Positions 1 to 10,280 of a stretch of 64,000 bases of DNA are shown one piece after another (positions within the stretch are counted from its first letter, which is position 1; every line of letters starts with the position of its first letter). Both the position numbers and the translations under genes were made by a program. A model generated the notes under the pieces. It had not been told where the DNA came from. It was given only the letters and a program-made list of their open reading frames with translations, and did no database searches. The stretch lies in the NCBI GenBank assembly GCA_963786955.1, contig CAWBAT010000007.1, positions 64,001 to 128,000 on the forward strand, given 5' to 3'. Source of the DNA: an uncultured Acidimicrobiia bacterium. Lineage in GTDB: Bacteria; Acidobacteriota; Terriglobia; Versatilivoradales; Versatilivoraceae.

Positions 1-2215
1 CGAGAGTGGCAAAATATCGGGACCGATATGTCATCGAACTATCGACCACGTCGAGAACCATTTCCAAAATTGGTCTTCCATCAGGATCCAGATCGACGAG
101 CAAGCCCCGTAATAACCTGATTAAATAAAGCGCGCGCTCCAAACGTCGCCCGATGTGAAGAAAATGCCAGCCCTGACCGCGAGTCATATTTTCTCGTTCC
201 ATCCCGCGAAACGCTGCTAAAGCGTAGATCCAACGATTGAGAACTGGCAGGGTCTCCGTAATTTGAAGACTGGATCTCGATTTTGGCCGGGAAACCAGCT
301 GGTTGAGGATTCGCACCGTATCGAACGACAATCGGTCGCGTACGCTCCCCGCCACCCGGTGAAGTTCATTGAGGGTTGCTTGCAGACTGTAGGGTTTTTT
401 CTCATCGAAAATAAAACAGATCAATTCTCCCTCAAGAGCCTTTAACGCATCCGCATCGGGCCGAGAGTATAATCCCCAATTGATAGGCCAAAGACTGGCA
501 ACCATCCTCAATAAGAGATCCAATTGATTTCGGGTCAGGAGGCGAGATTCTTCAATTAGCCGATCTAAAACCGTTCGTAACAGGCGGGCTTCTCCTTCAG
601 AACGCTCCGCATAGCGGCCAAGCCAGAACAGATTGTCTGCTACCCTGCTGGGGAGGTCTCTGGTGCTTCGCTTAAGTTGGACAGGCTGATTCGACAGGTT
701 CAGAAGACTGAAGGGCTCCACCGGTTCTTCCGAGAGAACCCAGGTATTTTTACTGCCCCCGCCTTTTTGCATCGAAACAACCAGAGTATCAGGAGAACTG
801 GAGATTCTGGTTAGACCGCCCGGGAGTACCTGGTAGGTGTCTCCCGCCCGAGTTAAGTTTGCCCTGAGCACCATGGGCCTGGGTTCAAGCCCGGAGGAAC
901 TCCATACAGGCGCTGTCGAAAGTGCCAGTTTTTCCTGTGAAACAAATTGGGTTGGCCGGGCTCGCAAACGCGCCATCAAACGCGATTTTTCCATCCTGGG
1001 CAACGACGCGCAAAAAATGGGCTCCATCCCATTGCCTGGATAGGCTGGCTTGATCACGAATTCGTCCAAATGATCCAAGACACGATTCAAGTCAGGGCTA
1101 GAGCCACACCACCCCGTAGCAATCGATGGTATTTTGAGTTCCTCATCCAGGAAGTACCGGCAAAGGCTGGGCAAGAAGGGGATCAAGGCCGGAGTTTCAA
1201 TGACCCCACTGCCCAAAGTATTCGCAACGGCGACGGTTCCTGCCCGAACAGCTTCCAGCAGGCCCGCCACTCCAAGAAACGATTCGCCCAAAAATTCAAG
1301 CGGGTCACAAAAATTGTCATCCACGCGCCGCAATATGACATCGATGGGCTGGAGACCGTCGAGCGTCTTCAAATAAACATGTCTGTCCCGGACCATGAGA
1401 TCTCCGCCCTCAACGAGCGTGAGACCCAGATAACGAGCCAAATAAACGTGCTCGAAGTAAGTTTCGTTGTAAGGTCCAGGCGTGAGGAGAACAATTCGCG
1501 GGTTCTCTTTGTTCAGAGTTGCCAACCCCAATAACATTTCGCGTTCGGTCCGGAAAAAAGTGGCTAGCCTACGGACTTGTGAATCACGAAAAAGATCCGG
1601 GAAAACACGGGAAAGAACAATTCGATTCTCCAGTGCGTAACCCGCTCCGGAAGGGGCTTGGGTCCGATCGGCCAGGACGCACCATTGGCCATTGGGTGAG
1701 CGGGCAAGATCCGCTGCATACAGATGGAGGTAAACGTTGTAAGGAACCGGAACACCATGGCAGGGCCGCAAAAATCCGGGATTGTCGAACACTAGCTCGG
1801 GGGGAAGCAAGCCATTTTTCAGAATCCTTTGTTCGCCATAAAGGTCCGCTAAGATGAGATTGAACAGAAAGGCTCGTTGGGTCAGACCCTTTTCCAATTT
1901 TCTCCATTCTGTATCAGCCAAAGGAAGGGGAATGATGTCCAACTCCAATGGCCTTTCGGTCCCTTGAGGATCACCATAGATGTTATAGGTGACACCATTC
2001 TCCCGAATCAACCTCTTGGCGTTCTGTTGTCGGCGTTCCAGTTCCTCCAATCCCAGCGCTTCCAGTGTGCGAATCACGCGGCCCCAATGAGCGCGCAAGA
2101 CCTCTGGCTCCTCACACATTTCGTCGAAGATGCCGGAAGGCCGGGGATATTTTTTGAGGAGACCTGGATGAGTGGGGATCTCCAAGGCCTCTGGATTCAC
2201 ATTTTTCCCAGTCAT
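1..2215 (-). CDS. Circularly permuted type 2 ATP-grasp protein, probably fused to a C-terminal alpha-E (DUF403) domain; 3' end runs off the window
   Basis: Manual translation from ATG at 2215: MTGKNVNPEALEIP...GIFDEMCEEPEVLRAHW...LIRENGVTYNIYGDPQGTERPLELDIIPL. Absent from the ORF track, consistent with no stop inside the window. Paralogous to 3350..4933; the fusion is inferred from length and family architecture. Confidence 0.85.
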   Translation of the reverse strand, partial: MTGKNVNPEALEIPTHPGLLKKYPRPSGIFDEMCEEPEVLRAHWGRVIRTLEALGLEELERRQQNAKRLIRENGVTYNIYGDPQGTERPLELDIIPLPLADTEWRKLEKGLTQRAFLFNLILADLYGEQRILKNGLLPPELVFDNPGFLRPCHGVPVPYNVYLHLYAADLARSPNGQWCVLADRTQAPSGAGYALENRIVLSRVFPDLFRDSQVRRLATFFRTEREMLLGLATLNKENPRIVLLTPGPYNETYFEHVYLARYLGLTLVEGGDLMVRDRHVYLKTLDGLQPIDVILRRVDDNFCDPLEFLGESFLGVAGLLEAVRAGTVAVANTLGSGVIETPALIPFLPSLCRYFLDEELKIPSIATGWCGSSPDLNRVLDHLDEFVIKPAYPGNGMEPIFCASLPRMEKSRLMARLRARPTQFVSQEKLALSTAPVWSSSGLEPRPMVLRANLTRAGDTYQVLPGGLTRISSSPDTLVVSMQKGGGSKNTWVLSEEPVEPFSLLNLSNQPVQLKRSTRDLPSRVADNLFWLGRYAERSEGEARLLRTVLDRLIEESRLLTRNQLDLLLRMVASLWPINWGLYSRPDADALKALEGELICFIFDEKKPYSLQATLNELHRVAGSVRDRLSFDTVRILNQLVSRPKSRSSLQITETLPVLNRWIYALAAFRGMERENMTRGQGWHFLHIGRRLERALYLIRLLRGLLVDLDPDGRPILEMVLDVVDSSMTYRSRYFATL

Positions 2216-2365
2216 GCGGCAAGTACGCTCTCTCGCAATGGATCCAGAATGAAATTTCGAAGCATGTCGGAATCGCCTCGAGAATGAGCTCGGCCATTAG
2301 AAAACATGCAGGCCTTAAACAACTTCGCTGTCGGTTGGGTTTCCATTCTCGTCAAAGCGGAACAT

Positions 2366-3337
2366 TTATTTCTGGAGCGCCAATTTGGAGACTGGTCGTG
2401 CAGCAAAGAATGTCTCATGGATGCCCTCTCCCACGAAATTCAGCTTGTTTTGTAATCCGTCAAGGAATTCGTGTAATCCCTGATGAATAATTTCACCGAC
2501 TTTGGCATAGGCTAATTCTGCACGGAGCTGTCCCAAGCGCTGTTCGGCCAAATTCTTGAAGGATCCGAGTGGCGACCCCGCGATGGCATGCAAAGATTCA
2601 TCAGCCGTATTGAGACAGTAATGGACGGCACGTGGGAATTGGGGGTCGAGGAGGAGAAATTCAACAATGCTTCCTGGAAAAAGACGCCCGTAAGATTTGC
2701 GGTACATTTCAAGTGCACTGGCGGAACGTAGGACCGAAGTCCATTGGATATCGTCATACGGGCTGCCCACCTCAACCACCTCGGGAAGGAGGATAAAGTA
2801 TTTGACATCGAGAATGCGAGTGGTCTTATCCGCTCGTTCCAGCATGCGGCCCAGCCAACAGAAATTCCAAGCCTCGTTGTGTGAGAGTGTGGAATCCGTG
2901 ATGCCTGCAAACAGGTGACTGGCGAGTTTGATTTCTCCGAAGAAGTCGTGCAATTCCTCAATGCTCCACCCTGCGGCCGCTTCTGCATTGACCATCAAAT
3001 AAAACCGGTTGACTTGCTCCCACATCTCGGACGAGATGACTTCCCGGATGGAGCGTGCATTTTCACGAGCAGAGCGAACACAGGAAAGAATGGAATTTGG
3101 ATTCGAGGCGTCCAGGGTGAGGAATTGGATTACGTTCTCTCGAGTGGCTTCTCCATAATTTCTAGAAAAGAGTTCCTGATCTCCCGTTGTATTGACTAGA
3201 GGGTCCCATTGATCCTCATAACCGAGAGGGCGGTCGAGCATGAGATTCAAATTCACATCGATGACACGCGCTACGTTTTCCGCACGCTCGATATAACGAC
3301 TCATCCAGTAAATGGACTCAGCTACTCGACTGAGCAT
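2366..3337 (-). CDS. Alpha-E domain protein (DUF403)
   Basis: MLSRVAESIYWMSRYIERAEN, ARENARSIREVISSEMWE and LERADKTTRILDVKY ER motifs. Confidence 0.93.
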   Translation of the reverse strand: MLSRVAESIYWMSRYIERAENVARVIDVNLNLMLDRPLGYEDQWDPLVNTTGDQELFSRNYGEATRENVIQFLTLDASNPNSILSCVRSARENARSIREVISSEMWEQVNRFYLMVNAEAAAGWSIEELHDFFGEIKLASHLFAGITDSTLSHNEAWNFCWLGRMLERADKTTRILDVKYFILLPEVVEVGSPYDDIQWTSVLRSASALEMYRKSYGRLFPGSIVEFLLLDPQFPRAVHYCLNTADESLHAIAGSPLGSFKNLAEQRLGQLRAELAYAKVGEIIHQGLHEFLDGLQNKLNFVGEGIHETFFAARPVSKLALQK

Positions 3338-3349
3338 GGGTCGACACCT

Positions 3350-4933
3350 CTATTGTTGCCCGTGATTTTCCGAAAAAGTTGGAGTCTTGTTGTTATCCGA
3401 AGGGGGTGTTGAAATGACCCAGGTATCCTTGCTGCCCCCTCCCTGGGAAGAATTGACCACCAGCGAGCCTTTTTTCAAAGCAACTCGGGTCAGGCCACCC
3501 GGAAGGACGTAGATCTCTTTCCCATACAAGACATATGGACGCAGGTCGACATGACGTCCTTCAATCGCATCGCCGGTAATCACGGGAACGCGAGAAAGGG
3601 AGAGAGTGGGTTGTGCAATGTAATTTCTCGGATTCTCTCGAATACGGTCGGCAAATTTTTCCTGTTCGTCCTTGGTCGAATGAGGACCGACCAACATGCC
3701 GTACCCTCCAGATTCATTGGCGGCTTTGACGACCAACTGATCCAGGTGATCCAGGACATATTTCAAATCATCTTCTTCCCAGCATACATAGGTAGGAACG
3801 TTCGGAATCAAAAGATCTTCTCCTAAGTAATATTTGATGATTTCGGGGACATAGGCATACACCACTTTGTCGTCTGCCACGCCTGTGCCTGGGGCATTAA
3901 CCAAAGCGACACGCCCACTGCGATACACGTCGAACAGACCCGGAACCCCCAGAACAGAGTCCGGCCGAAGCACTTTTGGATCCAGGAAATCGTCGTCAAT
4001 TCGGCGATAAATGACATCCACCCTTTCCAGACCTGTCGTCGTCCGCATCTGGACATATCCATCGATGACGACAAGATCCCGGCCTTCAACAAGCTGGACG
4101 CCCATCTGTTTGGCCAAGAATGAATGTTCAAAATAGGCCGAGTTGTAGATCCCGGGAGTTAAAACCACAACGCGAGGTGTGTTGGGCCCTTGTGGCGCCA
4201 CATGTTGCAACATGTCGAGGAGTCGACTGGGATAGTAATCCACGGGCTGAACGCGGGACGATGTTTCAAAGATTTGAGGGAAGGTCCTCTTCATGACCTG
4301 GCGATTCTCCAGCACGTAAGAGACTCCCGAGGGACAGCGCAAATTGTCTTCGAGAACAAAAAATTGGCCTCCTGCATCCCGGACTAGATCGGTTCCGGTA
4401 ATGTGACACCAAATCCCTTGTGGAGGATTGCAACCGATACACGCGCTCCGGAATGCCTTCGCCGTAAAGATAATTTCCCGAGGAATAATCCCATCCTTGA
4501 GAATCTTCTGATCATGGTAAAGGTCATCAATGAAAAGATTAAGACCGTAGACTCGCTGTCTGAGGCCTTTCTCGAGGAGTTCCCATTCCGAAGATTCAAC
4601 GACCCGCGGTATAATATCGAACGGAAAAATCCTTTCAGTCCCCTCACGTCCGCCATAGACGTTAAAGGTGATTCCCATTTGCAGAAGGGCTCGCTCGGCG
4701 GCATCCTGGTAGCGGTGTAATTCTCCATTGGAGAGCGATTCGATCAACTGAACTAGCATTCTAGCCCCGCCCCGCGGCTGCCCTGGAGCGGTAAACATTT
4801 CGTCAAAGAAATCAGCCGGATCATAGTTCCCGAAATGGAAGTAATGGTGGTTGGGGTCCAGGGTGTTGGCCGGATTGCCGGTTATTTCTGAGATCCTCCT
4901 CTCAGACCGACGAATACTCTTGCTACTGATCAT
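3350..4933 (-). CDS. Circularly permuted type 2 ATP-grasp protein (putative peptide/amide ligase)
   Basis: [45 protein letters not shown]...[15 protein letters not shown]; RBS GGAGG upstream. Confidence 0.93.
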   Translation of the reverse strand: MISSKSIRRSERRISEITGNPANTLDPNHHYFHFGNYDPADFFDEMFTAPGQPRGGARMLVQLIESLSNGELHRYQDAAERALLQMGITFNVYGGREGTERIFPFDIIPRVVESSEWELLEKGLRQRVYGLNLFIDDLYHDQKILKDGIIPREIIFTAKAFRSACIGCNPPQGIWCHITGTDLVRDAGGQFFVLEDNLRCPSGVSYVLENRQVMKRTFPQIFETSSRVQPVDYYPSRLLDMLQHVAPQGPNTPRVVVLTPGIYNSAYFEHSFLAKQMGVQLVEGRDLVVIDGYVQMRTTTGLERVDVIYRRIDDDFLDPKVLRPDSVLGVPGLFDVYRSGRVALVNAPGTGVADDKVVYAYVPEIIKYYLGEDLLIPNVPTYVCWEEDDLKYVLDHLDQLVVKAANESGGYGMLVGPHSTKDEQEKFADRIRENPRNYIAQPTLSLSRVPVITGDAIEGRHVDLRPYVLYGKEIYVLPGGLTRVALKKGSLVVNSSQGGGSKDTWVISTPPSDNNKTPTFSENHGQQ

Positions 4934-5058
4934 ATATTTTCCCTCCTGCAGAGCTTCTTACCGGTGGAAGATGAGTTCTTCGTAGTACCCATTCCATATC
5001 CTTTTAGCTGTTCCCAACCGCCGTAATCCGCGGCGAGCTGAACAGACATTGAATCCCC

Positions 5059-5116
5059 AAAAAAAGAAAAGGCGTCTGGAAAGGGGAACCACATTCCGTT
5101 CCAGGACGCCTTTGTC
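5059..5116 (-). terminator. Leader intrinsic terminator overlapped by an ANTAR-type hairpin (GAC-AAAGGC-GUC)
   Basis: Minus strand: GACAAAGGCGTCCTGGAA...TTCCAGACGCCTTTTCTTTTTTT. The stem and U-tract lie between the promoter and the ATP-grasp start codon. Confidence 0.7.
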
Positions 5117-5197
5117 CTTCAACGACAGATCAGAGCCGGGACTCTCAGCCGAACAATGATTGCCTGCACCGTACTCATCTACGACGGTCTGATTGTT

Positions 5198-5226
5198 AAT
5201 TTAGGGAAGAGGGAGGATAAACGCAA
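5198..5226 (-). promoter_or_regulatory. Putative sigma70 promoter of the ATP-grasp operon
   Basis: TTGCGT-N17-TAAATT on the minus strand. Confidence 0.5.
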
Positions 5227-5580
5227 ATTTATAAATTTGATCTCATGCATAAGATAATCTTATAGAGAAAATTCTGCACCGGGGCCACCTGACTCAAGTT
5301 GTCGGAGTGGTTCTGAGTCGGTCGCTTGATTGGTTAATAGAACTAGCGAACGAATCTGGAAGAAATTGGGTTTCGTTGTTGACCGGCCTGCAAATATCGA
5401 AAGTTGGGTGTTCTTGGTGGGTGAGTCATTGACGCAGGTGATCATCATTTTGAGCATCCTGCGGAAGAGAGATTCCGTCGCACGATATGGGGGCAGGAAG
5501 GTAGAGAACATGAAAGTTCTGGTGAATCCGTTGGAATGCATCAAACACATCCAGCTGATGACACGCATGCTTGCCGCAAT

Positions 5581-5918
5581 GGGGTGATGTAACTTTGTTT
5601 GTGTAAAAAGGAAGAGGGTGTAAGTTTGGTTTTCTAGGCGGAAGACCAAAATCCCTTCAATAAGAAAGGAGCTTACACCCTATGCAGAAGTTAGCACCAG
5701 TGACCGAGCAGATTCAACACTTTGTGGAAGAAGTCAAAGAGAGCTTTTGGGGAGACGTGTACGACAAGGGCAAGCAGGCAGTAAAAGAGTTATTAGAAGC
5801 GGATTCAGAACGGCAACGGTATTTGATGACAGAGTCGTATGAGCGGACGGGAAGGCCGGGACGGGATTATCGCAATGGCTGTTATGAACGGGACTTGGTG
5901 ACGCGGTTTGGTCTTTGA
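5581..5918 (+). pseudogene. Truncated IS256-family transposase (N-terminus, ORF 5682..5918) with probable left end
   Basis: RDYRNGCYERDLVTRFG resembles the IS256 N-terminal RNG..R.L.T..G motif. IR-like ...TTTGTGTAAAA at ~5581-5609. Inverted repeat AGGGTGTAAG/CTTACACCCT (5615-5624/5672-5681) closes just before the ATG. Confidence 0.7.
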
Positions 5919-6000
5919 ATTGCAAAAACTTACTCCAAAACGAGGACTCAAAATGAGGTTGATAATCATTGCGAAACGGCGGCTTGATGGGCTAATTTCC

Positions 6001-6633
6001 TTTAGGTAAACCCCCAGCTTTGCTGGGGGACTCCAGGAGTTTGACAACTCCGGGGTGAAACAAGAAAGTCTCCCAACCGTGAACCGCTCAAAGTTACACG
6101 GAAAGGAGACTTTTAGTGAACAATGTTGAAAGCCTAAGCCATACCAAGTGGGAATGCAAATACCACATTGTGTTTATCCCGAAGTATCGCAAGAAAGCGT
6201 TGTACGGTGCACTTCGCCAACAATTGGGGGATTTACTAAGGCAGTTGGCGATGCAACGAGAGAGCCGGATCGAAGAAGGCCATTTGATGCGGGACCATGT
6301 GCATATGCTCGTGTCCATTCCGCCAAAGTACTCCGTATCCCAGGTGGTTGGATACCTGAAAGGGAAAAGTGCCATCCACATTGCTCGGACATTCTTGGGA
6401 AAGCCGAGAAACTTCACGGGTGAGAGTTTCTGGGCGAGAGGATACTTCGTTTCGACAGTAGGAAGAGATGAGCAGCAAATCCGCGAGTACATAAAAAAGC
6501 AAGACCAGGAAGACCAGCGAATAGATCAACAAACGATGTTCAGCAAGTAGCCACTTTGAGTGGCTCCAAACATAAACCGCTTTGAGCGGTTCACAAAATC
6601 AAGCCTCCGGCTTTGCCGGAGGTCTTTACTGAC
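6001..6633 (+). mobile_element. IS200/IS605-family element (tnpA only, no tnpB); exact ends approximate
   Basis: Subterminal hairpins CCCCCAGC-TTT-GCTGGGGG (6011-6029) and CCTCCGGC-TTT-GCCGGAGG (6604-6622) flank tnpA. Confidence 0.85.
6116..6550 (+). CDS. tnpA: IS200/IS605 HUH (Y1) transposase
   Basis: KYHIVFIPKYR, DHVHM (HUH), FWARGYFVSTVG, EYIKKQ (catalytic Tyr). Confidence 0.95.
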   Translation: MNNVESLSHTKWECKYHIVFIPKYRKKALYGALRQQLGDLLRQLAMQRESRIEEGHLMRDHVHMLVSIPPKYSVSQVVGYLKGKSAIHIARTFLGKPRNFTGESFWARGYFVSTVGRDEQQIREYIKKQDQEDQRIDQQTMFSK

Positions 6634-6772
6634 TGACTCTACGTGGGTAGAAGGCTTTGAGGCGTTTAGGTCGTATTGTTCTCGGGATGTTTGTCCATAT
6701 CCGACTGATACCGAAGAGTTTAAGAGTTGGATTGAGGGCTGGATAGACGCAGAGGATGCTGCCGCGTTCTAA
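6634..6772 (+). pseudogene. Ribosome modulation factor (RMF)-like small protein, 5' end apparently displaced by the IS200 element
   Basis: WVEGFEAF....RDVCPY.......KSWIEGWIDA matches the RMF-like G..A....CPY......W..GW pattern. Confidence 0.45.
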
Positions 6773-7582
6773 GACCAAGAAAAGCTTTTCGATGAGTTTA
6801 TGCATGGACTCCTGGAATTCCTCCTCATTAGGGAGAGGTAGGCCCGATTGACTAAACCAACAGTGGGAAACTATACCCTGAGAAATCAATATTCTGCTCC
6901 AAGTAATGAAGATCAGTTTTCCGGTGCTTCAAATTCGGGGTTTGACTCTCTGCAGAATGGTGAATTCACACCTAAACTTGACATTGGAACAATCGCTCTC
7001 TGATTACTCTTATCCTTAGGCTAAACCTCTACGATTTACCACAAATACTATCGGAGGTTCGGTTGGTCTGATTTTGACCTTGGCTTCCGCTTTGAGGGTG
7101 ATTTCCTCGGTGGGTTGATCCATGGGAAGCCCAAATAAATTGTGCCATTCCGCAAAACCTTAATCGGGTAATGGAATATCTCTAAGAGGAAATTTTTTGC
7201 CTTCCTTTAGGATCTGATGAAAGGGAAGTTTCGTCTCAAACTTGAATTCTTTCAGTCTGGTTCTTTAAAATCATGGGTATTCTTAAAGTCTTAGTGAGCC
7301 AATGGCGGTGACCAAAAGATTGGAGTAAAACGTGCAGCATTTGTAGTGTTTTAGCCAATGGCCCTTCTTTGCCTTTAGAGTGAATTCCTTAAATAATTGA
7401 TACTAGTGCGGCTATGAATGGGGAGTTTCAGCGCGTTGAACCTGCAATCTGGTAATGCAGTTTGTAGTGAGCGATTGAAGCCCGAGGCTCTCCACTTGAG
7501 TAAGGGTGAGGGAATGAAGAAGAAATGCGAGGGCTCAAATCTAAAACTAGGTGCACATCGCGCACACAAGAGGGGAGGAACC

Positions 7583-9469
7583 ATGGATCGATTCATACCT
7601 TCAGGTCGAATTGGATTAAAGCTTTTGACAGCAGCGTTGGTAATCGGGTTCCAGGTTTTCTTCGCCGTAGCCGCGCAAGCCCACTCCTTGTCAATCAGCG
7701 CGACAGCTAGGTGTGGCGATAATGGTTCTGCGGTGATTGACTTCACGGTGGTATCTTGGTCCAGCGCTTCCCCTGATGGCTCGCATCCAAAAATCGACGT
7801 CAGCGTTAATAATTTGTTCATTCAGTCTGGCGTGTTCTCGGGGCAGACAATCCCGCCGAATACCTTCTCGGGGACAATTCCGGCGCCAAGTGGAACTTCG
7901 GCAACCGTGACGGCGACTGCGGTGGGGAACTGGGATGACGGTATCGGTGGTGGACAGTCTGCTTCCGTTACCATTGACATTCCCCAGGATTGTCCTCCGC
8001 CTAGCGCGCCTCACTCCTTGTCAATCAGCGCGACAGCTAGGTGTGGCGATAATGGTTCTGCGGTGATTGACTTCACGGTGGTATCTTGGTCCAGCGCTTC
8101 CCCTGATGGCTCGCATCCAAAAATCGACGTCAGGGTTAATAATGCGTTCATTCAGTCCGGCGTGTTCTCGGGGCAGACAATCCCGCCGAATACGTTCTCG
8201 GGGACAATTCCTGCGCCAAGTGGAACTTCAGCAACCGTGACAGCGACTGCGGTGGGGAACTGGGATGACGGTTTCAGTGGTGGACAGTCTGCTTCCGTTA
8301 CCATTGGCATTCCCCAGGATTGTGCTCCGCCTAGGCAGGCCCACTCCTTGTCAATCAGCGCGACAGCTAGGTGTGGCGATAATGGTTCTGCGGTGATCGA
8401 CTTCACGGTGGTATCTTGGTCCAGCGCTTCCCCTGATGGCTCGCATCCAAAAATCGACGTCAGGGTTAATAATTTGTTCATTCAGTCTGGCGTGTTCTCG
8501 GGGCAGACAATCCCGTCGAATACCTTCTCGGGGACAATTCCGGCGCCAAGTGGAACTTCAGCAACCGTGACGGCGACTGCGGTGGGGAACTGGGATGACG
8601 GTTACGGTGGTGGACAGTCTGCTTCCGTTACCATTTACATTCCCCAGGATTGTGCTCGGCGTAGGCAGGCCCACTCCTTGTCAATCAGCGCGACAGCTAC
8701 GTGTGGCGATAATGGTTCTGCGATGATTGACTTCACGGTGGTATCTTGGTCCAGCGCTTCCCCTGATGGCTCGCATCCAAAAATCGACGTCAGGGTTAAT
8801 AATGCGTTCATTCAGTCTGGCGTGTTCTCGGGGCAGACAATCCCGCCGAATACCTTCTCGGGGACAATTCCGGCGCCAAGTGGAACTTCAGCAACCGTGA
8901 CGGCGACTGCGGTAGGGAACTGGGATGACGGTTACGGTGGTGGACAGTCTGCTTCCGTTACCATTGACATTCCCCAGGATTGTGCTCGGCCTAGTGCGCT
9001 TGGTCGTTTCACAGGTGGAGGATTTCAGATTGTTCTGACTACCGGAACTGCAAGAAGGGGCAAGGGCGCTTTGAAGCGAGTAGAAGGTGGAATTAAAATT
9101 ACTCGAGGCTTCACAATCCATTGTGACAGGCTGCTCTCCAACAATCTCGAAGTCAACTGGAAAGGCAACCACTTCCACATGTTGGAACACACCCTCACCA
9201 CCGAATGCTTCGACGACCCGCACATTACGCAAAAGCCGCCAAAAGCTCCCGTTGACACCATCGTCGGCACAGGCAGAGGGCGGTACAACAATGCTGACGG
9301 CTACACCATCGAGTTCACCCTGGTAGATGCCGGCGAACCCGGAAAAGCGGACAAAGCGGCCTTAAAGATATACGAAACCGCTAATCCGGCAAACGTGGTG
9401 CTTAACGTGCCACTGCAAACCATAGGCGGAGGAAATGTGCAAGCTCATTTCGATCAACCTCACAAATGA
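7583..9469 (+). CDS. Secreted protein with four 110-aa beta-rich repeats and a C-terminal post-COAP-1-like domain
   Basis: RBS GGAGG before ATG 7583; signal peptide ending AQA; C-terminal domain FTGGG...DAGEPG..D...GGNVQAH. Confidence 0.8.
   Translation: MDRFIPSGRIGLKLLTAALVIGFQVFFAVAAQAHSLSISATARCGDNGSAVIDFTVVSWSSASPDGSHPKIDVSVNNLFIQSGVFSGQTIPPNTFSGTIPAPSGTSATVTATAVGNWDDGIGGGQSASVTIDIPQDCPPPSAPHSLSISATARCGDNGSAVIDFTVVSWSSASPDGSHPKIDVRVNNAFIQSGVFSGQTIPPNTFSGTIPAPSGTSATVTATAVGNWDDGFSGGQSASVTIGIPQDCAPPRQAHSLSISATARCGDNGSAVIDFTVVSWSSASPDGSHPKIDVRVNNLFIQSGVFSGQTIPSNTFSGTIPAPSGTSATVTATAVGNWDDGYGGGQSASVTIYIPQDCARRRQAHSLSISATATCGDNGSAMIDFTVVSWSSASPDGSHPKIDVRVNNAFIQSGVFSGQTIPPNTFSGTIPAPSGTSATVTATAVGNWDDGYGGGQSASVTIDIPQDCARPSALGRFTGGGFQIVLTTGTARRGKGALKRVEGGIKITRGFTIHCDRLLSNNLEVNWKGNHFHMLEHTLTTECFDDPHITQKPPKAPVDTIVGTGRGRYNNADGYTIEFTLVDAGEPGKADKAALKIYETANPANVVLNVPLQTIGGGNVQAHFDQPHK
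7681..9000 (+). repeat. Four tandem 330-bp coding repeats
   Basis: Units begin at 7681, 8011, 8341 and 8671 (cactccttgtcaatcagcgcgacagct...) and are nearly identical. Confidence 0.97.
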
Positions 9470-9889
9470 CGCGGGAAGCGAGTTGCAGGTAAATGTATTC
9501 ATGGAAGGCACCCTTCAGCGAGGGCCACGATAATCCCCAACAAGTGTTGAGAGACTCGGAGGCCCTCGTTCACCAAGCTTTGGTGAATGACCGATTTCTT
9601 TGGGGATTGTTTCTTCTGTGGCTGGGACTTGACCTCGGTTTCTGCTTTGGGTGTACTTTTGGTAGGCTTCGACGAGGCAGTTCCTCGCAGCTCACTTATA
9701 GTCAATGACGAGCCTTTGGCCGAGACGCGACCGTCTTCTTGATATAGGGGACTGAAGGAAACCTGAGCAAGTGCCTCCTCTCCCAGGTATTCGGCGGAAA
9801 CGTTCAGTCGATACGGTTAGAACCAACCCGTGCGGCTTTTTCATTCTCACCCACTACCTTTGCATCCGCCCGATGCAGGGAATCTTGCG

Positions 9890-10251
9890 ACCCATTGTAA
9901 CTGAAACCTTGAAATGTATCCCCAGGATGATCGATAATCCGTTTGTGTTTTACGGCCACATACGAGGAAACCGGTTGAAGTATGTTCCGAAGGAACTGGA
10001 GTCTTGGTTGGCAATGGCTGGGATCTGGGATTTCATATGGCATGGTCTCAGTACATACCTTCGCCAGTCGGTTAGTCAGTTGTGGGGTGTCCCTCTATGC
10101 AGTCCAGGCGTTCTTGGGGCATTCGAGTATCAAGGTTGCCGATATGTATTCACACTTGGCTCAGGAGGATCTGCAGCGGGCGATCAATATCTCGGAAATT
10201 CCAGCTCAACTTCCAGCAGAACTGCCACTAGGAAAATCAAGTGTGGCTTGA
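9890..10251 (+). pseudogene. Tyrosine recombinase/integrase C-terminal remnant, frameshifted
   Basis: NPFVF...AGIWDFIWHGL, then a +1 shift near 10052 into HTFASRLV..GVSL..VQAFLGHSSIKVADMYSH (box II H..RH, LGH, catalytic Y). Confidence 0.8.
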
Positions 10252-10280
10252 CGATCTATAAGTTGTTCATTCCAAACCAC

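Noticed and set aside
217-2490. Many short ORFs over the first 2.2 kb, and similar antisense ORFs elsewhere (e.g. 12703..13428, 15495..16277, 52979..53695)
   Set aside because: Shadow frames overlapping well-supported genes, with no recognisable motifs.
5120-5195. Glutamine (glnA) or other riboswitch in the ATP-grasp leader
   Set aside because: Hairpins are present but I could not find the conserved aptamer nucleotides; an Rfam scan is needed.
6001-6633. TnpB/omega-RNA system associated with the IS200/IS605 element
   Set aside because: The right-end hairpin follows tnpA within ~60 bp, leaving no room for tnpB.
7681-9000. 330-bp repeats as a CRISPR array or DGR template/variable repeats
   Set aside because: No spacers, in-frame coding, differences are not adenine-specific, and there is no reverse transcriptase or cas gene in the window.
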